A stretch of 64,000 nucleotides of DNA from Candidatus Nanosyncoccus sp. (lineage in GTDB: Bacteria; Patescibacteriota; Saccharimonadia; Saccharimonadales; Saccharimonadaceae): the NCBI GenBank assembly GCA_045603805.1, contig JAZUMU010000009.1:6944-70943 (forward strand), written 5' to 3'. The notes under the pieces were generated by a model, which saw only the letters and a program-made list of their open reading frames with translations, made no database searches and was not told where the DNA came from. Positions within the stretch are counted from its first letter, which is position 1. Every line of letters begins with the position of its first letter. Of this stretch, positions 18,939 through 28,585 are shown piece after piece. A program made the translations under genes and the position numbers.

Positions 18939-20465
18939 CTATTTTCTACTGTTCTGCATCATGTTGTTGGTTTTTGTGTTTCCGATATTGGTAACTATAT
19001 CTGAAATTACAAAATCCTGATATTTATCACCGTTAATGTAAATAGTGTAGGTTTCTCCTTTTTTAAAACTAGTACTTCCGATTGCTGCATTGGTGAAATT
19101 TTTAGCGGCAACGTGCGAGACGATTAAATCATTATTGCTGTCCTTAATTTCTAAAAGTGTATCCATGGGCTGAGTTCCCGTAAAATATATACTGATACTA
19201 TATATGCTGGAACTAGATCCAAGATTCTCAGCCATACCGCTAGAGCCTACAGCTACTACTTCGCCGCCAGTCATAATTATGCCGACTCCAGAATCGAGAG
19301 CCCCGTTGCCATTGTTGGTCGGGCCATCGACGACTGTTTTGCCACCGTTAAAATAAATATAGCCATTGCTGTCTATGCCATCTCCGCCAGCGTTTACGTA
19401 AATATTGCCTCCATTAATAATTAACTCGCAGTCCTTGTCGACATCCATACTTCCTTGATTAGTAGGGGCTGTATTATCGGAACTGCCCCCGGCGTTAATG
19501 CCATCGTCGGAAGCCGTAACCGAGATTTCGCCTCCGTTAATGATAACTTTTCGTGCCTCTAGCCCTTCATAGCTTTTAGCTACGTTTATTGTCCCGTTCT
19601 GGATAGTTAATACTTTCTCGGCATGAACCGCATCATCTCCGGCCGAAATAATAATATCTCCGCCCTCGATAAGAACAAAACCTTTTCCAGCATCAGTATC
19701 ATTGGTTGATTTGATGGCGTCGCCTTTTGAAATGATATTAAAGGTCCCTCCGGTTATATAAACCGAATCTTTTCCGCGAATACCATCATCAGTAGAATTA
19801 ATATTATAGGTCCCACTTCTAAACTTAACATCGTCTTTTCCAACAATGGAATCTTTAAAGTTTGACGTAAGATTAAGAATTCCTTCCCCTTCAAAAGAAA
19901 GGTCGGCTTTGGAGTAGATGGCTCCGCTTATGTCCTCGTCCAAATCAGAACTGTAGGTGGGCCCGTCTTTTAAAGTATTTTCTCCGACAAGTTCAATGAC
20001 TAAATCATCACCCGAGACACAAGCAATCGCGGGCCCTGATAAATTAGTAATCGAAACGTTGTCTAAAATTAATTTTACTTCTCCTTTAACTCCAGAATCT
20101 ACCGTAACAGAACCGTCAGACAAAGAACCAGATAGATGATAGACTCCAGAGTTTGTGATGGTCGTACTTTCGGATAAATCTATATTTACAGTGGTATAAC
20201 GATCCCAATTCACTTTTTGATCCCCATTGTCGATATCTACTAGGCCGGTTATATCTGTGGGTCCGTTATCGCTTGATTTTAAATTTGCAAAAACAGCAAC
20301 AATCAGAATTATCGGGACAACCAGGAGTAACAATAACCATTTTCTATCAAAACCGCGCTGGCTTTTTAAGGAAGGTTTAGAGGAGACTTCGGCTACATGA
20401 AGCTCATTTTTTTTCTCTTCTTCGACGGTCCCCCAGAAATTATGGTCTTTTATGTTTTTGCCCAT
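18939..20465 (-). CDS. membrane-anchored beta-helix repeat protein (Cthe_2159-like carbohydrate-binding family)
   Basis: Single TM span, then reiterated G-G-x-I-x-I-x-A-x-DDGI/DAIK units. Last gene of the VTC/DUF4956 operon. Confidence 0.55.
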   Translation of the reverse strand: MGKNIKDHNFWGTVEEEKKNELHVAEVSSKPSLKSQRGFDRKWLLLLLVVPIILIVAVFANLKSSDNGPTDITGLVDIDNGDQKVNWDRYTTVNIDLSESTTITNSGVYHLSGSLSDGSVTVDSGVKGEVKLILDNVSITNLSGPAIACVSGDDLVIELVGENTLKDGPTYSSDLDEDISGAIYSKADLSFEGEGILNLTSNFKDSIVGKDDVKFRSGTYNINSTDDGIRGKDSVYITGGTFNIISKGDAIKSTNDTDAGKGFVLIEGGDIIISAGDDAVHAEKVLTIQNGTINVAKSYEGLEARKVIINGGEISVTASDDGINAGGSSDNTAPTNQGSMDVDKDCELIINGGNIYVNAGGDGIDSNGYIYFNGGKTVVDGPTNNGNGALDSGVGIIMTGGEVVAVGSSGMAENLGSSSSIYSISIYFTGTQPMDTLLEIKDSNNDLIVSHVAAKNFTNAAIGSTSFKKGETYTIYINGDKYQDFVISDIVTNIGNTKTNNMMQNSRK

Positions 20466-21137
20466 TTAAACCTCCTCTTCAAGACAAGGATGGGATAATA
20501 AAACTTTCAAGTTGCAATTTTTGATTCGAATTTCATCTAGAAAAGCTTTTTCTTTAATGTCCGACTTTAGGGTTATGTTATATGTCAGTTTATATAGACT
20601 TCCCATATTCATGGTCTTCATTTGGGTCAGTTCAATTTTTGAGGCGTATTTGTCGAAAATATCATCGAATACTTCTTCGTAATCTAAATCTTCGGGTATT
20701 ATTATTTTCAAAACACGCTCACGTTTGTTCGGTTCAAGAAATTTAGTATAGGTAAAGAAAACTATTGCAAGAACTGAAATGACCGTAATCACTGTTGCGA
20801 ATAAGATATGTCCCATTCCACAAGCCAAGCCCACCATCATGGCAAAAAAGACACTAAGAAGATCTTTGGCATGACCTTGGATAGAACGGAAGCGGATAAG
20901 AGAAAAAGCCCCGAGGATTGCAATGGAGGTACCAAGATTACCGTTAATCATAATCATAACCGCCATCACAAGGAGGGGTAGGGTCGCTAAAGTAACGAGA
21001 AAACCTTTTGTGGTTGGGGATGTCTTCATGTGAGTTACAGCAATAACCAAGCCAAGGGCCAACGCAACTCCAGCGGAAATGAGCCCAGTTGTTATATCTA
21101 GTCCGTTTGAGGTAGAATTAAATATACTATTAAACAT
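20466..21137 (-). CDS. DUF4956-like membrane protein
   Basis: Four hydrophobic spans plus a soluble tail. Overlaps the VTC gene by 8 nt. This is the known VTC partner family. Confidence 0.6.
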   Translation of the reverse strand: MFNSIFNSTSNGLDITTGLISAGVALALGLVIAVTHMKTSPTTKGFLVTLATLPLLVMAVMIMINGNLGTSIAILGAFSLIRFRSIQGHAKDLLSVFFAMMVGLACGMGHILFATVITVISVLAIVFFTYTKFLEPNKRERVLKIIIPEDLDYEEVFDDIFDKYASKIELTQMKTMNMGSLYKLTYNITLKSDIKEKAFLDEIRIKNCNLKVLLSHPCLEEEV

Positions 21138-21861
21138 TTTTTCCTTTCTTATTAATTAATTCTTCATAAACTTTGCCAACTTTAGAAAATTGCTGCGGAA
21201 AGACTCTTTCTTTGGTCATCACGTCTGCTAGCCAAAGAGGAATAATTCCGTGTGCTTTAATTTCCATTATGATATTTCGTTTGTTCTTGAAGTAGATTTT
21301 ATCACGCCCTCCTTTAATTAAGCTTAAATTTTTATCACGAAAACTTAAATTTTCATCAAATGTTATGCGTAGCTCGTCTTCACCTTTATAACTCTCTCGA
21401 TCATAAATAATCAAAATTTTTGGTTTTAGATTGAAATGCGAAATAAGATAATCTATTTCTTTTGCAATCTGGATGTCACGTTGAGTTCCAGCATTTTGGG
21501 AGACAAGACTTAGGATTGGAGTACCTCTTTTTATGAATTCATTAAAATCCTTTCGGCTAAGCATTATGCGCCTTTTGTAGCCTAAATTTAATTCTTCTCC
21601 CTTTAATTTGGTTTTGATTTCTAGAAAAACCCTATTATAACCTTCATAGCTTCTAGCTCTCATTTTTTCTTTAAATTTGGGATGATCGATAGACTGGGTA
21701 ATTAAATCGTAGTTATCGTTATCAAAATATAGATTAGACACTGTTGAACGAAAATACCCGTCTTTTTTCATATATTTTTTAATCGTTTTTATAAGTCGAT
21801 TCTTTTCGATTTCAGTAATTAGGTATTTTTTTTCGATTCGATCGAATACTTTATCATACAT
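21130..21861 (-). CDS. VTC-domain (polyphosphate polymerase-like, CYTH fold) protein
   Basis: RIEKKYLI...SNLYFDNDNYDL...KMRARSYEG pattern of bacterial VTC domains. Confidence 0.7.
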   Translation of the reverse strand: MYDKVFDRIEKKYLITEIEKNRLIKTIKKYMKKDGYFRSTVSNLYFDNDNYDLITQSIDHPKFKEKMRARSYEGYNRVFLEIKTKLKGEELNLGYKRRIMLSRKDFNEFIKRGTPILSLVSQNAGTQRDIQIAKEIDYLISHFNLKPKILIIYDRESYKGEDELRITFDENLSFRDKNLSLIKGGRDKIYFKNKRNIIMEIKAHGIIPLWLADVMTKERVFPQQFSKVGKVYEELINKKGKNV

Positions 21862-21992
21862 ATATGTATTATAATATGGTTAAATTAAAAATAGCTTAAA
21901 AAATTAATCTTATGATGGAGTGGTCGACAAACATCACTTTATTATGATTGATATTTTTAGATTATTTTAAGTCCAACATAATATAATATAAT

Positions 21993-22661
21993 ATGATTAT
22001 GAGGATATTATACGTAGAAGATGAAAAATTTTTAGCCGAAGCGGTGATGCATATGCTTAAAAAAGCGAAGATTGCGGTGGACTGGGTAGATAATGGGGAA
22101 GAGGGGCTGGAGCTAGCCTTAAAACCAAACTACGATGCGATAGTACTTGATATAATGCTACCGAAGATGTCTGGACTTGAGGTTTTGGATACAATCCGTA
22201 AACGAGGGGTAAAAACGCCCGTGATTATGTTATCAGCGCTTGGTGAGGTCGAAGACAAAATCAAGGGGCTCAATGATGGAGCAGACGATTATCTTGCAAA
22301 ACCTTTTAAAACTATCGAGTTAATTGCAAGATTGAATGCGTTAGCTAGGCGTCCTCCTTTAGCGAAAACACAGACTGTAGAATTTGAGGGTCTCAGTTTG
22401 GATTTGACCAACCGAACTCTAAACAATATTGAGTTAACGGATAAGGAAGCTGCAATTTTAGAAATGCTACTTAAGGCTCCAGGATTAGTAGTAAATAAGG
22501 AACAGATTCTGGCGCATGTTTGGGGAGCGGGAGCAGAATATGAAGAAAATTATGTAGAAGTGTATATATCATATCTTCGGAAGGAAATTAAAAAAATAAA
22601 CACTAAGGTTCGCATAAAAACAATCCGAAACTTAGGCTATAAAATATGTATTGGAGACTAA
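21993..22661 (+). CDS. OmpR-family response regulator
   Basis: Receiver domain (YVEDE, LDIMLPKMSG, KPF) plus a winged-helix C-terminus (IRNLGYK). Confidence 0.9.
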   Translation: MIMRILYVEDEKFLAEAVMHMLKKAKIAVDWVDNGEEGLELALKPNYDAIVLDIMLPKMSGLEVLDTIRKRGVKTPVIMLSALGEVEDKIKGLNDGADDYLAKPFKTIELIARLNALARRPPLAKTQTVEFEGLSLDLTNRTLNNIELTDKEAAILEMLLKAPGLVVNKEQILAHVWGAGAEYEENYVEVYISYLRKEIKKINTKVRIKTIRNLGYKICIGD

Positions 22662-23588
22662 ATGTTTAAGAAATTACGCAACAAGCTAATCTTTATTAAT
22701 CTCGTAATTACATCAATAGTTATTGTAATCGTTTTCGTAAGCGTATATGTGATATATATAGGGACCGCTTCGAGGCGTCCGCCTGTGCCAGAAGAAAAAA
22801 TTGGTAGATATGAAAACGAGGTTGAGGACGCAATAGAAAAGTCAATAAGAGAAGAGAAAAAAGCAGCGGCAGAAGGCCTACTTATATTATTAATTATTTC
22901 GGGGATAGCAATAGAAGTTGCTGTAGCTTTCGTCTCGTATTATCTAGCGGAAGAAGCTATAAAACCAGTCAGGGAAGCGTACGATAATCAAAAAATATTT
23001 ATAGCAAACGCTTCGCATGAAATTAAAACCCCGCTAGCTGCGATTTCGGCAAATCTTGAAGCTGCAGACATCAAAGGTAATAAGTGGATTTCAAACATTG
23101 AAAAGGAAACTGATAAACTGGCGGCCCTAAATACAGAACTTTTAACTTTAGCTAAGACAGACATCTCGAAAGAAACTTCTAAAGAAAAGATAAATATCGC
23201 CAAGGTTCTGGATGATGAGCTTAGAAGATTCGAGCCTAGGCTTAAACATATTAAGTTAATACGAGATTATAATTTTAATGGCGAAATTAAACTTAACAAG
23301 ATCGATCTAATTCAGATTTTCAATATTTTAATTGATAATGCGATTAAATACGGAGATAAGAAAATAATCGTGCGGACCAACAACAATACTTTAATCGTAG
23401 AAAACGATGGGGAAACAATTAGTGATGATCAAAAAAAGTTTGTTTTCGAACGATTTTATCAAATCGATAAAACTAGGGATGGGGTTGGTCTTGGACTGTC
23501 GATAGCTAAATCCTTAGCAGACAAAAACGGGTGGAATATCCAAGTGAAAACGAAAAATGGTAAGAATGTCTTTTGTGTTAAATTTTAA
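22662..23588 (+). CDS. sensor histidine kinase
   Basis: Two TM spans, H-box ANASHEIKTPL, N box IDNAIKY, G box GVGLGLSI. Its start abuts the regulator's stop. Confidence 0.85.
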   Translation: MFKKLRNKLIFINLVITSIVIVIVFVSVYVIYIGTASRRPPVPEEKIGRYENEVEDAIEKSIREEKKAAAEGLLILLIISGIAIEVAVAFVSYYLAEEAIKPVREAYDNQKIFIANASHEIKTPLAAISANLEAADIKGNKWISNIEKETDKLAALNTELLTLAKTDISKETSKEKINIAKVLDDELRRFEPRLKHIKLIRDYNFNGEIKLNKIDLIQIFNILIDNAIKYGDKKIIVRTNNNTLIVENDGETISDDQKKFVFERFYQIDKTRDGVGLGLSIAKSLADKNGWNIQVKTKNGKNVFCVKF

Positions 23589-23639
23589 CTTTAAGTTTTA
23601 TAATCTTAATTGCCGTTTTAACAGAGGTCAGAAAAATCG

Positions 23640-23668
23640 TAACATTATGTTTTAAAAACATAATGTTA
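23640..23668. promoter_or_regulatory. perfect 14-bp inverted repeat (operator-like) abutting an extended -10
   Basis: TAACATTATGTTTT-A-AAAACATAATGTTA is immediately followed by TGtTATAAT (23669-23677). The ABC transporter ATG lies 9 nt further on. Confidence 0.4.
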
Positions 23669-23686
23669 TGTTATAATTTAGTTTAT

Positions 23687-26600
23687 ATGTTAGAAATCAG
23701 GGGTGTGAAAAAGGTCTATATGACTGGGGGAGTTAAGCGGACCGTTTTAAAAAAGGTTGACATTAATTTCCGTGCTTCGGAATTTGCGGCGATTTTGGGG
23801 CCTAGTGGATCGGGAAAAACTACTCTACTAAATATTATTGGGGGGTTAGATGACTATACTAAAGGAGACTTAGTTGTCAACGAAAAGAGTACTAAAAAGT
23901 TTCGTGATAAAGATTGGGATAGTTATCGGAACCATCGAATCGGATTTGTATTTCAGAGCTACAACTTGATTCCACATCAAACCGTACTTAGCAATGTAAA
24001 ATTAGCTTTGACTCTTTCTGGTATCTCTAAAACTGAGGCAACAAGACGAGCGAAAAAAGCTTTGGAAGAAGTGGGGCTAAAAGAGCATATTGATAAAAAG
24101 CCAGCGCAGCTATCCGGAGGGCAGATGCAGAGGGTCGCAATCGCAAGGGCTTTAGTTAATAACCCGGATATTTTACTAGCAGATGAGCCAACAGGAGCTT
24201 TAGACTCGGAAACAAGTCTACAAATTATGAATATTCTGAAGAAAATTTCAGAAAAGAAGCTGGTTGTTATGGTCACGCATAATCCAGAACTAGCAGATAA
24301 GTACGCAACTCGAATAATTACCTTAAAGGACGGCTCGATTACCTCTGATTCGGACCCTTATGATGGGAAAGAGAAGACCGATTTAAAAAACGGGGAGACA
24401 AAATCAAAACAGAAGAAAACTAAGATGTCTTTTCTTACGGCACTTTCTTTGTCTCTCAATAATTTGATGACCAAGAAAGGAAGGACGGTACTTGTGGCGG
24501 CGGCGGGATCAATTGGAATTATTGGTATTGCATTAATTTCTGCCGTGTCTACGGGATTCCAAAATTATATTAATAAGATAGAGGAGGATACGCTAACATC
24601 GTACCCATTGGCGCTGCAAAAAGAATCGGCCGATTTAACCGGTATATTGCTAAATTTTACTAGTTCAAACACAAATGGACAAACGAACGACAAGCTAAAA
24701 GAGAATCAAATTTTGACGTCTACACTCGGTACAGTTTCTAATAACGATTTACCAAATTTTGACAAATATCTAAAATCTCACAAAGCTGAATTGAAAGACG
24801 ATATTAGGTTATTAGAATATGAATATAATGTAGATCCGCTTATTTATGCTAAGGATGCTACTGGCACGATAGCGAAGATGAACCCTAGTACATTATTTAC
24901 ATCTCTCGTAGGTGAGTCGTCGCTTCTTAGGAATTATTCGTCTATGACATCTGTATTTCAACAGTATGAAAAAGAAAATTTACAAAATGATACAGAGCTG
25001 CTCGCTGGGCGTTATCCTGAAAAATACAATGAACTGATGGTAGTACTAAGCAGCAAGGGGGAAATATCGGAGCTATTAACATATTCGCTAGGGTTTCATG
25101 ATACTGATGAACTAAATAAGATTGTGTCTAAAATACTAAGCGGCGAGAGTGTGGACGTCCATAACGATCCATTAGAGATTTCTTATGATGATTTGATGAA
25201 TGTGGACTTGCGCTTAGTCCCCGCGACTGAAACATATAAATATAACGAAAAATATGGGGTATATGAAGAAATGACCAGTGACAAAAATTATATGCACCAA
25301 ATATACGATAATGCAGAGAAATTAAAAATTACCGGCGTGGCAGTAGTTAACTCTGAAATGCTGTCGAGCGGAAGCGGTGTTGCTTATTTGCCTTCACTCG
25401 TAACACATATTATCGAAAAATCCGCTGATACCGAAATTGTAAAAAAACAATTAGCGAATCCTGAACTGGACATCTTTTCTAATACGAAATTTGGTGAGGA
25501 GGAAAATAATTTTAATTTCGAGTTTTCGGATTTAGTATCTATAGACGAAGCCGCACTTTCGCAGGCTTTCGGCGTTAATATCGACCAGAATGCTATACGT
25601 GCTAAGACGCAAGAATATATGGGCGAAATTTCTGGAGATATTTCTAGTGGCATTAATGAGCTACCTAATGCACGGAGGGGTCTAGTAGATAGATTCAGAG
25701 ACTTAGCGGATGAGATGGTTGCTGAATTTATGAATAAAATCGCTAGTGAGAAGATAAGTCTTGAAGACTTAGTGAATCCAGAAAAAGCTCCGATGATAAT
25801 AACGAATTTTGTGGACCAGTATACTCAGAGTAAAAGTTTTGTAGATTTAGAGGATAGCTATTCTATACCAGAAGAAAATTTAGCTAGTGCATACAATGGG
25901 CTATTAAAAGGCTACCTAGTCGCTTATCTAGAGGCGATGCTAAAACACGAAATCATGGCAGTAGATGATTACTTGAAGCAAGCGGAAATTGTGGCAGCGT
26001 TTGACAATTTGGCCGGCACAGCTATAAATTTAAGCCTGCAGCAAAATGTATTAACTAAAGTCGGTAATTTGGCAACGTATTTATCTAGTAGCTTTGCCGA
26101 AGCTTTCCACGTAGACCAAAGCGCTATAATTGATGCATTTAAACTGAATTTTACCGAGGAGGAACTGTCGCGCGTAGTTACTGCGATGTTCACCAAAAAG
26201 AAGTCTACTTTAGCCACCAATTTGTCGGCCTTAGGCTATCAAAACTTAGAAGATCCGACAAAAATGTCTTTTTATTTTTGGAGCTTTGATGGAAAAACGC
26301 GTTTTATAGAGTTTTTGGATAATTATAATGAAAAAATGCGAGCTGCAGGTATGGAAGAAAAGGCGATAGAATATTCTGATACTACGGGAGTATTAATGTC
26401 CTCCGTAAAAACCATTGTGGATGCGGTAAGTTATGTATTGATAGCATTTGTGTCTATATCTTTAGTAGTGTCGTCTATTATGATTGGCGTTATTACTTAT
26501 ATATCGGTATACGAGCGTAAGAAAGAAATCGGGATACTGCGTGCTATGGGCGCTAGCAAACACAATATTTCTTCCATATTTAACGCTGAGACGTTTATAA

Positions 26601-26830
26601 TAGGGTTTTTGTCTGGCTTGTTTGGCGTGACAATATCGTATCTGTTAATACCGATTATTAATTTAGTGTTACACCATTTTACTGGCGATATTCCTTTGGA
26701 TGCAGCGCTAGACCCGAGGACGGCTTTACTGCTAATTGTTTTGAGCGTCGCACTAACATTAATAGGTGGGCTAATTCCAGCGCGCTCGGCCAGCAAAAAA
26801 GACCCAGTTGAGGCCTTGAGAAGCGAATAG
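23687..26830 (+). CDS. fused ABC ATPase / FtsX-type permease (MacB-like) with large extracytoplasmic domain
   Basis: GPSGSGKTT, LSGGQMQR and LLADEPTGALD, then a TM span, a loop of about 600 aa and a C-terminal FtsX-like 3-TM bundle. Confidence 0.85.
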   Translation: MLEIRGVKKVYMTGGVKRTVLKKVDINFRASEFAAILGPSGSGKTTLLNIIGGLDDYTKGDLVVNEKSTKKFRDKDWDSYRNHRIGFVFQSYNLIPHQTVLSNVKLALTLSGISKTEATRRAKKALEEVGLKEHIDKKPAQLSGGQMQRVAIARALVNNPDILLADEPTGALDSETSLQIMNILKKISEKKLVVMVTHNPELADKYATRIITLKDGSITSDSDPYDGKEKTDLKNGETKSKQKKTKMSFLTALSLSLNNLMTKKGRTVLVAAAGSIGIIGIALISAVSTGFQNYINKIEEDTLTSYPLALQKESADLTGILLNFTSSNTNGQTNDKLKENQILTSTLGTVSNNDLPNFDKYLKSHKAELKDDIRLLEYEYNVDPLIYAKDATGTIAKMNPSTLFTSLVGESSLLRNYSSMTSVFQQYEKENLQNDTELLAGRYPEKYNELMVVLSSKGEISELLTYSLGFHDTDELNKIVSKILSGESVDVHNDPLEISYDDLMNVDLRLVPATETYKYNEKYGVYEEMTSDKNYMHQIYDNAEKLKITGVAVVNSEMLSSGSGVAYLPSLVTHIIEKSADTEIVKKQLANPELDIFSNTKFGEEENNFNFEFSDLVSIDEAALSQAFGVNIDQNAIRAKTQEYMGEISGDISSGINELPNARRGLVDRFRDLADEMVAEFMNKIASEKISLEDLVNPEKAPMIITNFVDQYTQSKSFVDLEDSYSIPEENLASAYNGLLKGYLVAYLEAMLKHEIMAVDDYLKQAEIVAAFDNLAGTAINLSLQQNVLTKVGNLATYLSSSFAEAFHVDQSAIIDAFKLNFTEEELSRVVTAMFTKKKSTLATNLSALGYQNLEDPTKMSFYFWSFDGKTRFIEFLDNYNEKMRAAGMEEKAIEYSDTTGVLMSSVKTIVDAVSYVLIAFVSISLVVSSIMIGVITYISVYERKKEIGILRAMGASKHNISSIFNAETFIIGFLSGLFGVTISYLLIPIINLVLHHFTGDIPLDAALDPRTALLLIVLSVALTLIGGLIPARSASKKDPVEALRSE

Positions 26831-26846
26831 TGAGTTTTGATGATGG

Positions 26847-26872
26847 CAAAAGTCCGCTCGAAATGAGCGGAC
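26847..26872 (-). terminator. rho-independent terminator for the minus-strand gene
   Basis: GTCCGCTC-GAAAT-GAGCGGAC, with the T-run on the minus strand (plus-strand AAAA at 26848-26851). Confidence 0.5.
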
Positions 26873-26887
26873 TGATGATAAGGTTAG

Positions 26888-27514
26888 TTAATAGCGAATA
26901 TCGTCTACGATTTTTTCATCGTAGACGAATGCACGTCCGGAAATACTAGAATCACCAGCAATTTCCGAGTTGCCGCTGATAATGGCCCTCCCATAGACGG
27001 TAGCGTCACCATGCACAGACGCTGTACCGGTGATTTCCGCGTCGGAATGAATGGTGGCGTTACCATGCACGCGCGAGCGCCAACCAATTCTGGCACGGCC
27101 GAATATCTCGGTGCGACCATATACTTCGGCGTAGTTGTCTATAACAGAGTCTTCGTGAATATTGGCATATCCATATACCAGTGCGTGACGACGAACTTTT
27201 GCGCGACCATGCACTTTCGCCATAAAGCGTACAACGGTTTTACCGGTAATACGGGCATTATCGTAGACTTCGGCGCGCTCTTTAATAACGGCATCGCCCG
27301 CAACGTGGGCCTTGTCGTAAACTTTGGCTTCACCCAGTATACAACAATCGCCCTGTTGGCTGAGATTAGAGTAGCTCTCCACCCAGCCACCAAGCCTGCC
27401 GGCCCCAACGTCATGGGCAGGAATGCTGATAAGATATCTGATACGATGTAGTTCGCGCCCCTCGTGGACCATTACATGATCCATGTCTATTTCGTATTTA
27501 CGTTTTGACGGCAT
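26888..27514 (-). CDS. YdcK-like hexapeptide-repeat (left-handed beta-helix) protein
   Basis: N-terminal LHRIRYL...VGAGRLGGWVESYSNLSQQGDCCI, like E. coli YdcK. About 23 contiguous [AST]-x-[VI]-x-G-x hexads follow. SD is GGGGGA. Confidence 0.7.
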   Translation of the reverse strand: MPSKRKYEIDMDHVMVHEGRELHRIRYLISIPAHDVGAGRLGGWVESYSNLSQQGDCCILGEAKVYDKAHVAGDAVIKERAEVYDNARITGKTVVRFMAKVHGRAKVRRHALVYGYANIHEDSVIDNYAEVYGRTEIFGRARIGWRSRVHGNATIHSDAEITGTASVHGDATVYGRAIISGNSEIAGDSSISGRAFVYDEKIVDDIRY

Positions 27515-27630
27515 AATTATCCCCCTTCATGCATTTTGATCCTGTTTGCTAACCTATTAAGGTACGTTACACCTTGGCTATATTGTAGCATATTTTTTAT
27601 GTTTTGCAAATAGTAATGTCTGGGACATGG

Positions 27631-27656
27631 AAAAAGCGCAGCTTTTGAGGCTGCGC
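27631..27656 (-). terminator. rho-independent terminator
   Basis: GCGCAGC-TTTTGAG-GCTGCGC, with TTTTT on the minus strand. Confidence 0.55.
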
Positions 27657-27670
27657 TTTGGATTACGCTT

Positions 27671-28318
27671 TTATGCGTCTCCGCCGGAGAAGACGATATC
27701 AACATTGAATGCCATATTGTCAAAGTTTCCTAAGTTTGCAAGGGCATAGGCATCGGCCCACGCCACAACGGAAACGGAAATTTCCTCATCTTCGGCGAGA
27801 TTACCATCACCGACGGTGAGGTCTTCGTTCGCTTCAGCAAATTCCGTGCGGCAGATTTTCGTCTGGAGATCGTCGTTGTAATACTTGGTGACGACACCGA
27901 ATCTCATAACGGACGCCACGGACGGATTGCCCGTGACTACGACATTGTAAGTGAGATTCTCTACGCGCCCGCCTTTAGCGGATATTGTAAATACGGGAGC
28001 TGCCAAAGGTGCGCCTTCATTGCCTTCCCAGATGATGTCCCCATGACGGTCTTGGGTCGTATTTACGCCAGTCAATACAGGGAATAAGTTTTCCCCATAC
28101 CCTGAAAGGGCGTAGTTGTGCCCAACCTCAACGCCGTCGACCTTTACGACCAGCTCGGACTCATCATCCTGAGCCTGCTGGCTAAGATCGATACGGCCGC
28201 TGAATACGCCTACCTTAGCCTGCTGTAACAGGTAAACTGCGGCAACGGCGCCGATGGCCAGAGCGAAAACCAGGATCACAGACAGCGTAATTACAGTTGT
28301 TCTTTTCATTTTTTTCAT
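27671..28318 (-). CDS. secreted / signal-anchored hypothetical protein
   Basis: MKKMKRTTVITLSVILVFALAIGAVAAV signal/anchor. Strong AGGAGG SD. Looks GC-richer than the flanks. Confidence 0.6.
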   Translation of the reverse strand: MKKMKRTTVITLSVILVFALAIGAVAAVYLLQQAKVGVFSGRIDLSQQAQDDESELVVKVDGVEVGHNYALSGYGENLFPVLTGVNTTQDRHGDIIWEGNEGAPLAAPVFTISAKGGRVENLTYNVVVTGNPSVASVMRFGVVTKYYNDDLQTKICRTEFAEANEDLTVGDGNLAEDEEISVSVVAWADAYALANLGNFDNMAFNVDIVFSGGDA

Positions 28319-28585
28319 TTTTGTTCCTCCTAAAAAATTTTTTGAGTTTTATAACTCGTTCTGCTTATTTTTATCAATAAAAAGAACGAGTCATAAAACT
28401 AGCTATAGAAGGATAACAAAACGCATATTAAGGTTCTTGCCCTGGCTACAATTACAGGGTATACTTTGATTATATCACACTTTATAATTTTTGTCAATAA
28501 TTTTTATGTTTTTCTGCGGATTTTTTGGTTTTATATTTTCTAGACTAAACAAGTATGCTAGAATAGGAAAAAGGAGAATAAATTA

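Noticed and set aside
26905-27451. Track ORFs 26905-27120 (-), 27011-27451 (+) and 27139-27414 (-) inside the YdcK-like gene.
   Set aside because: The hexapeptide-repeat DNA keeps several frames open on both strands. Only the 208-aa frame has an SD, a YdcK N-terminal signature and regular hexads.
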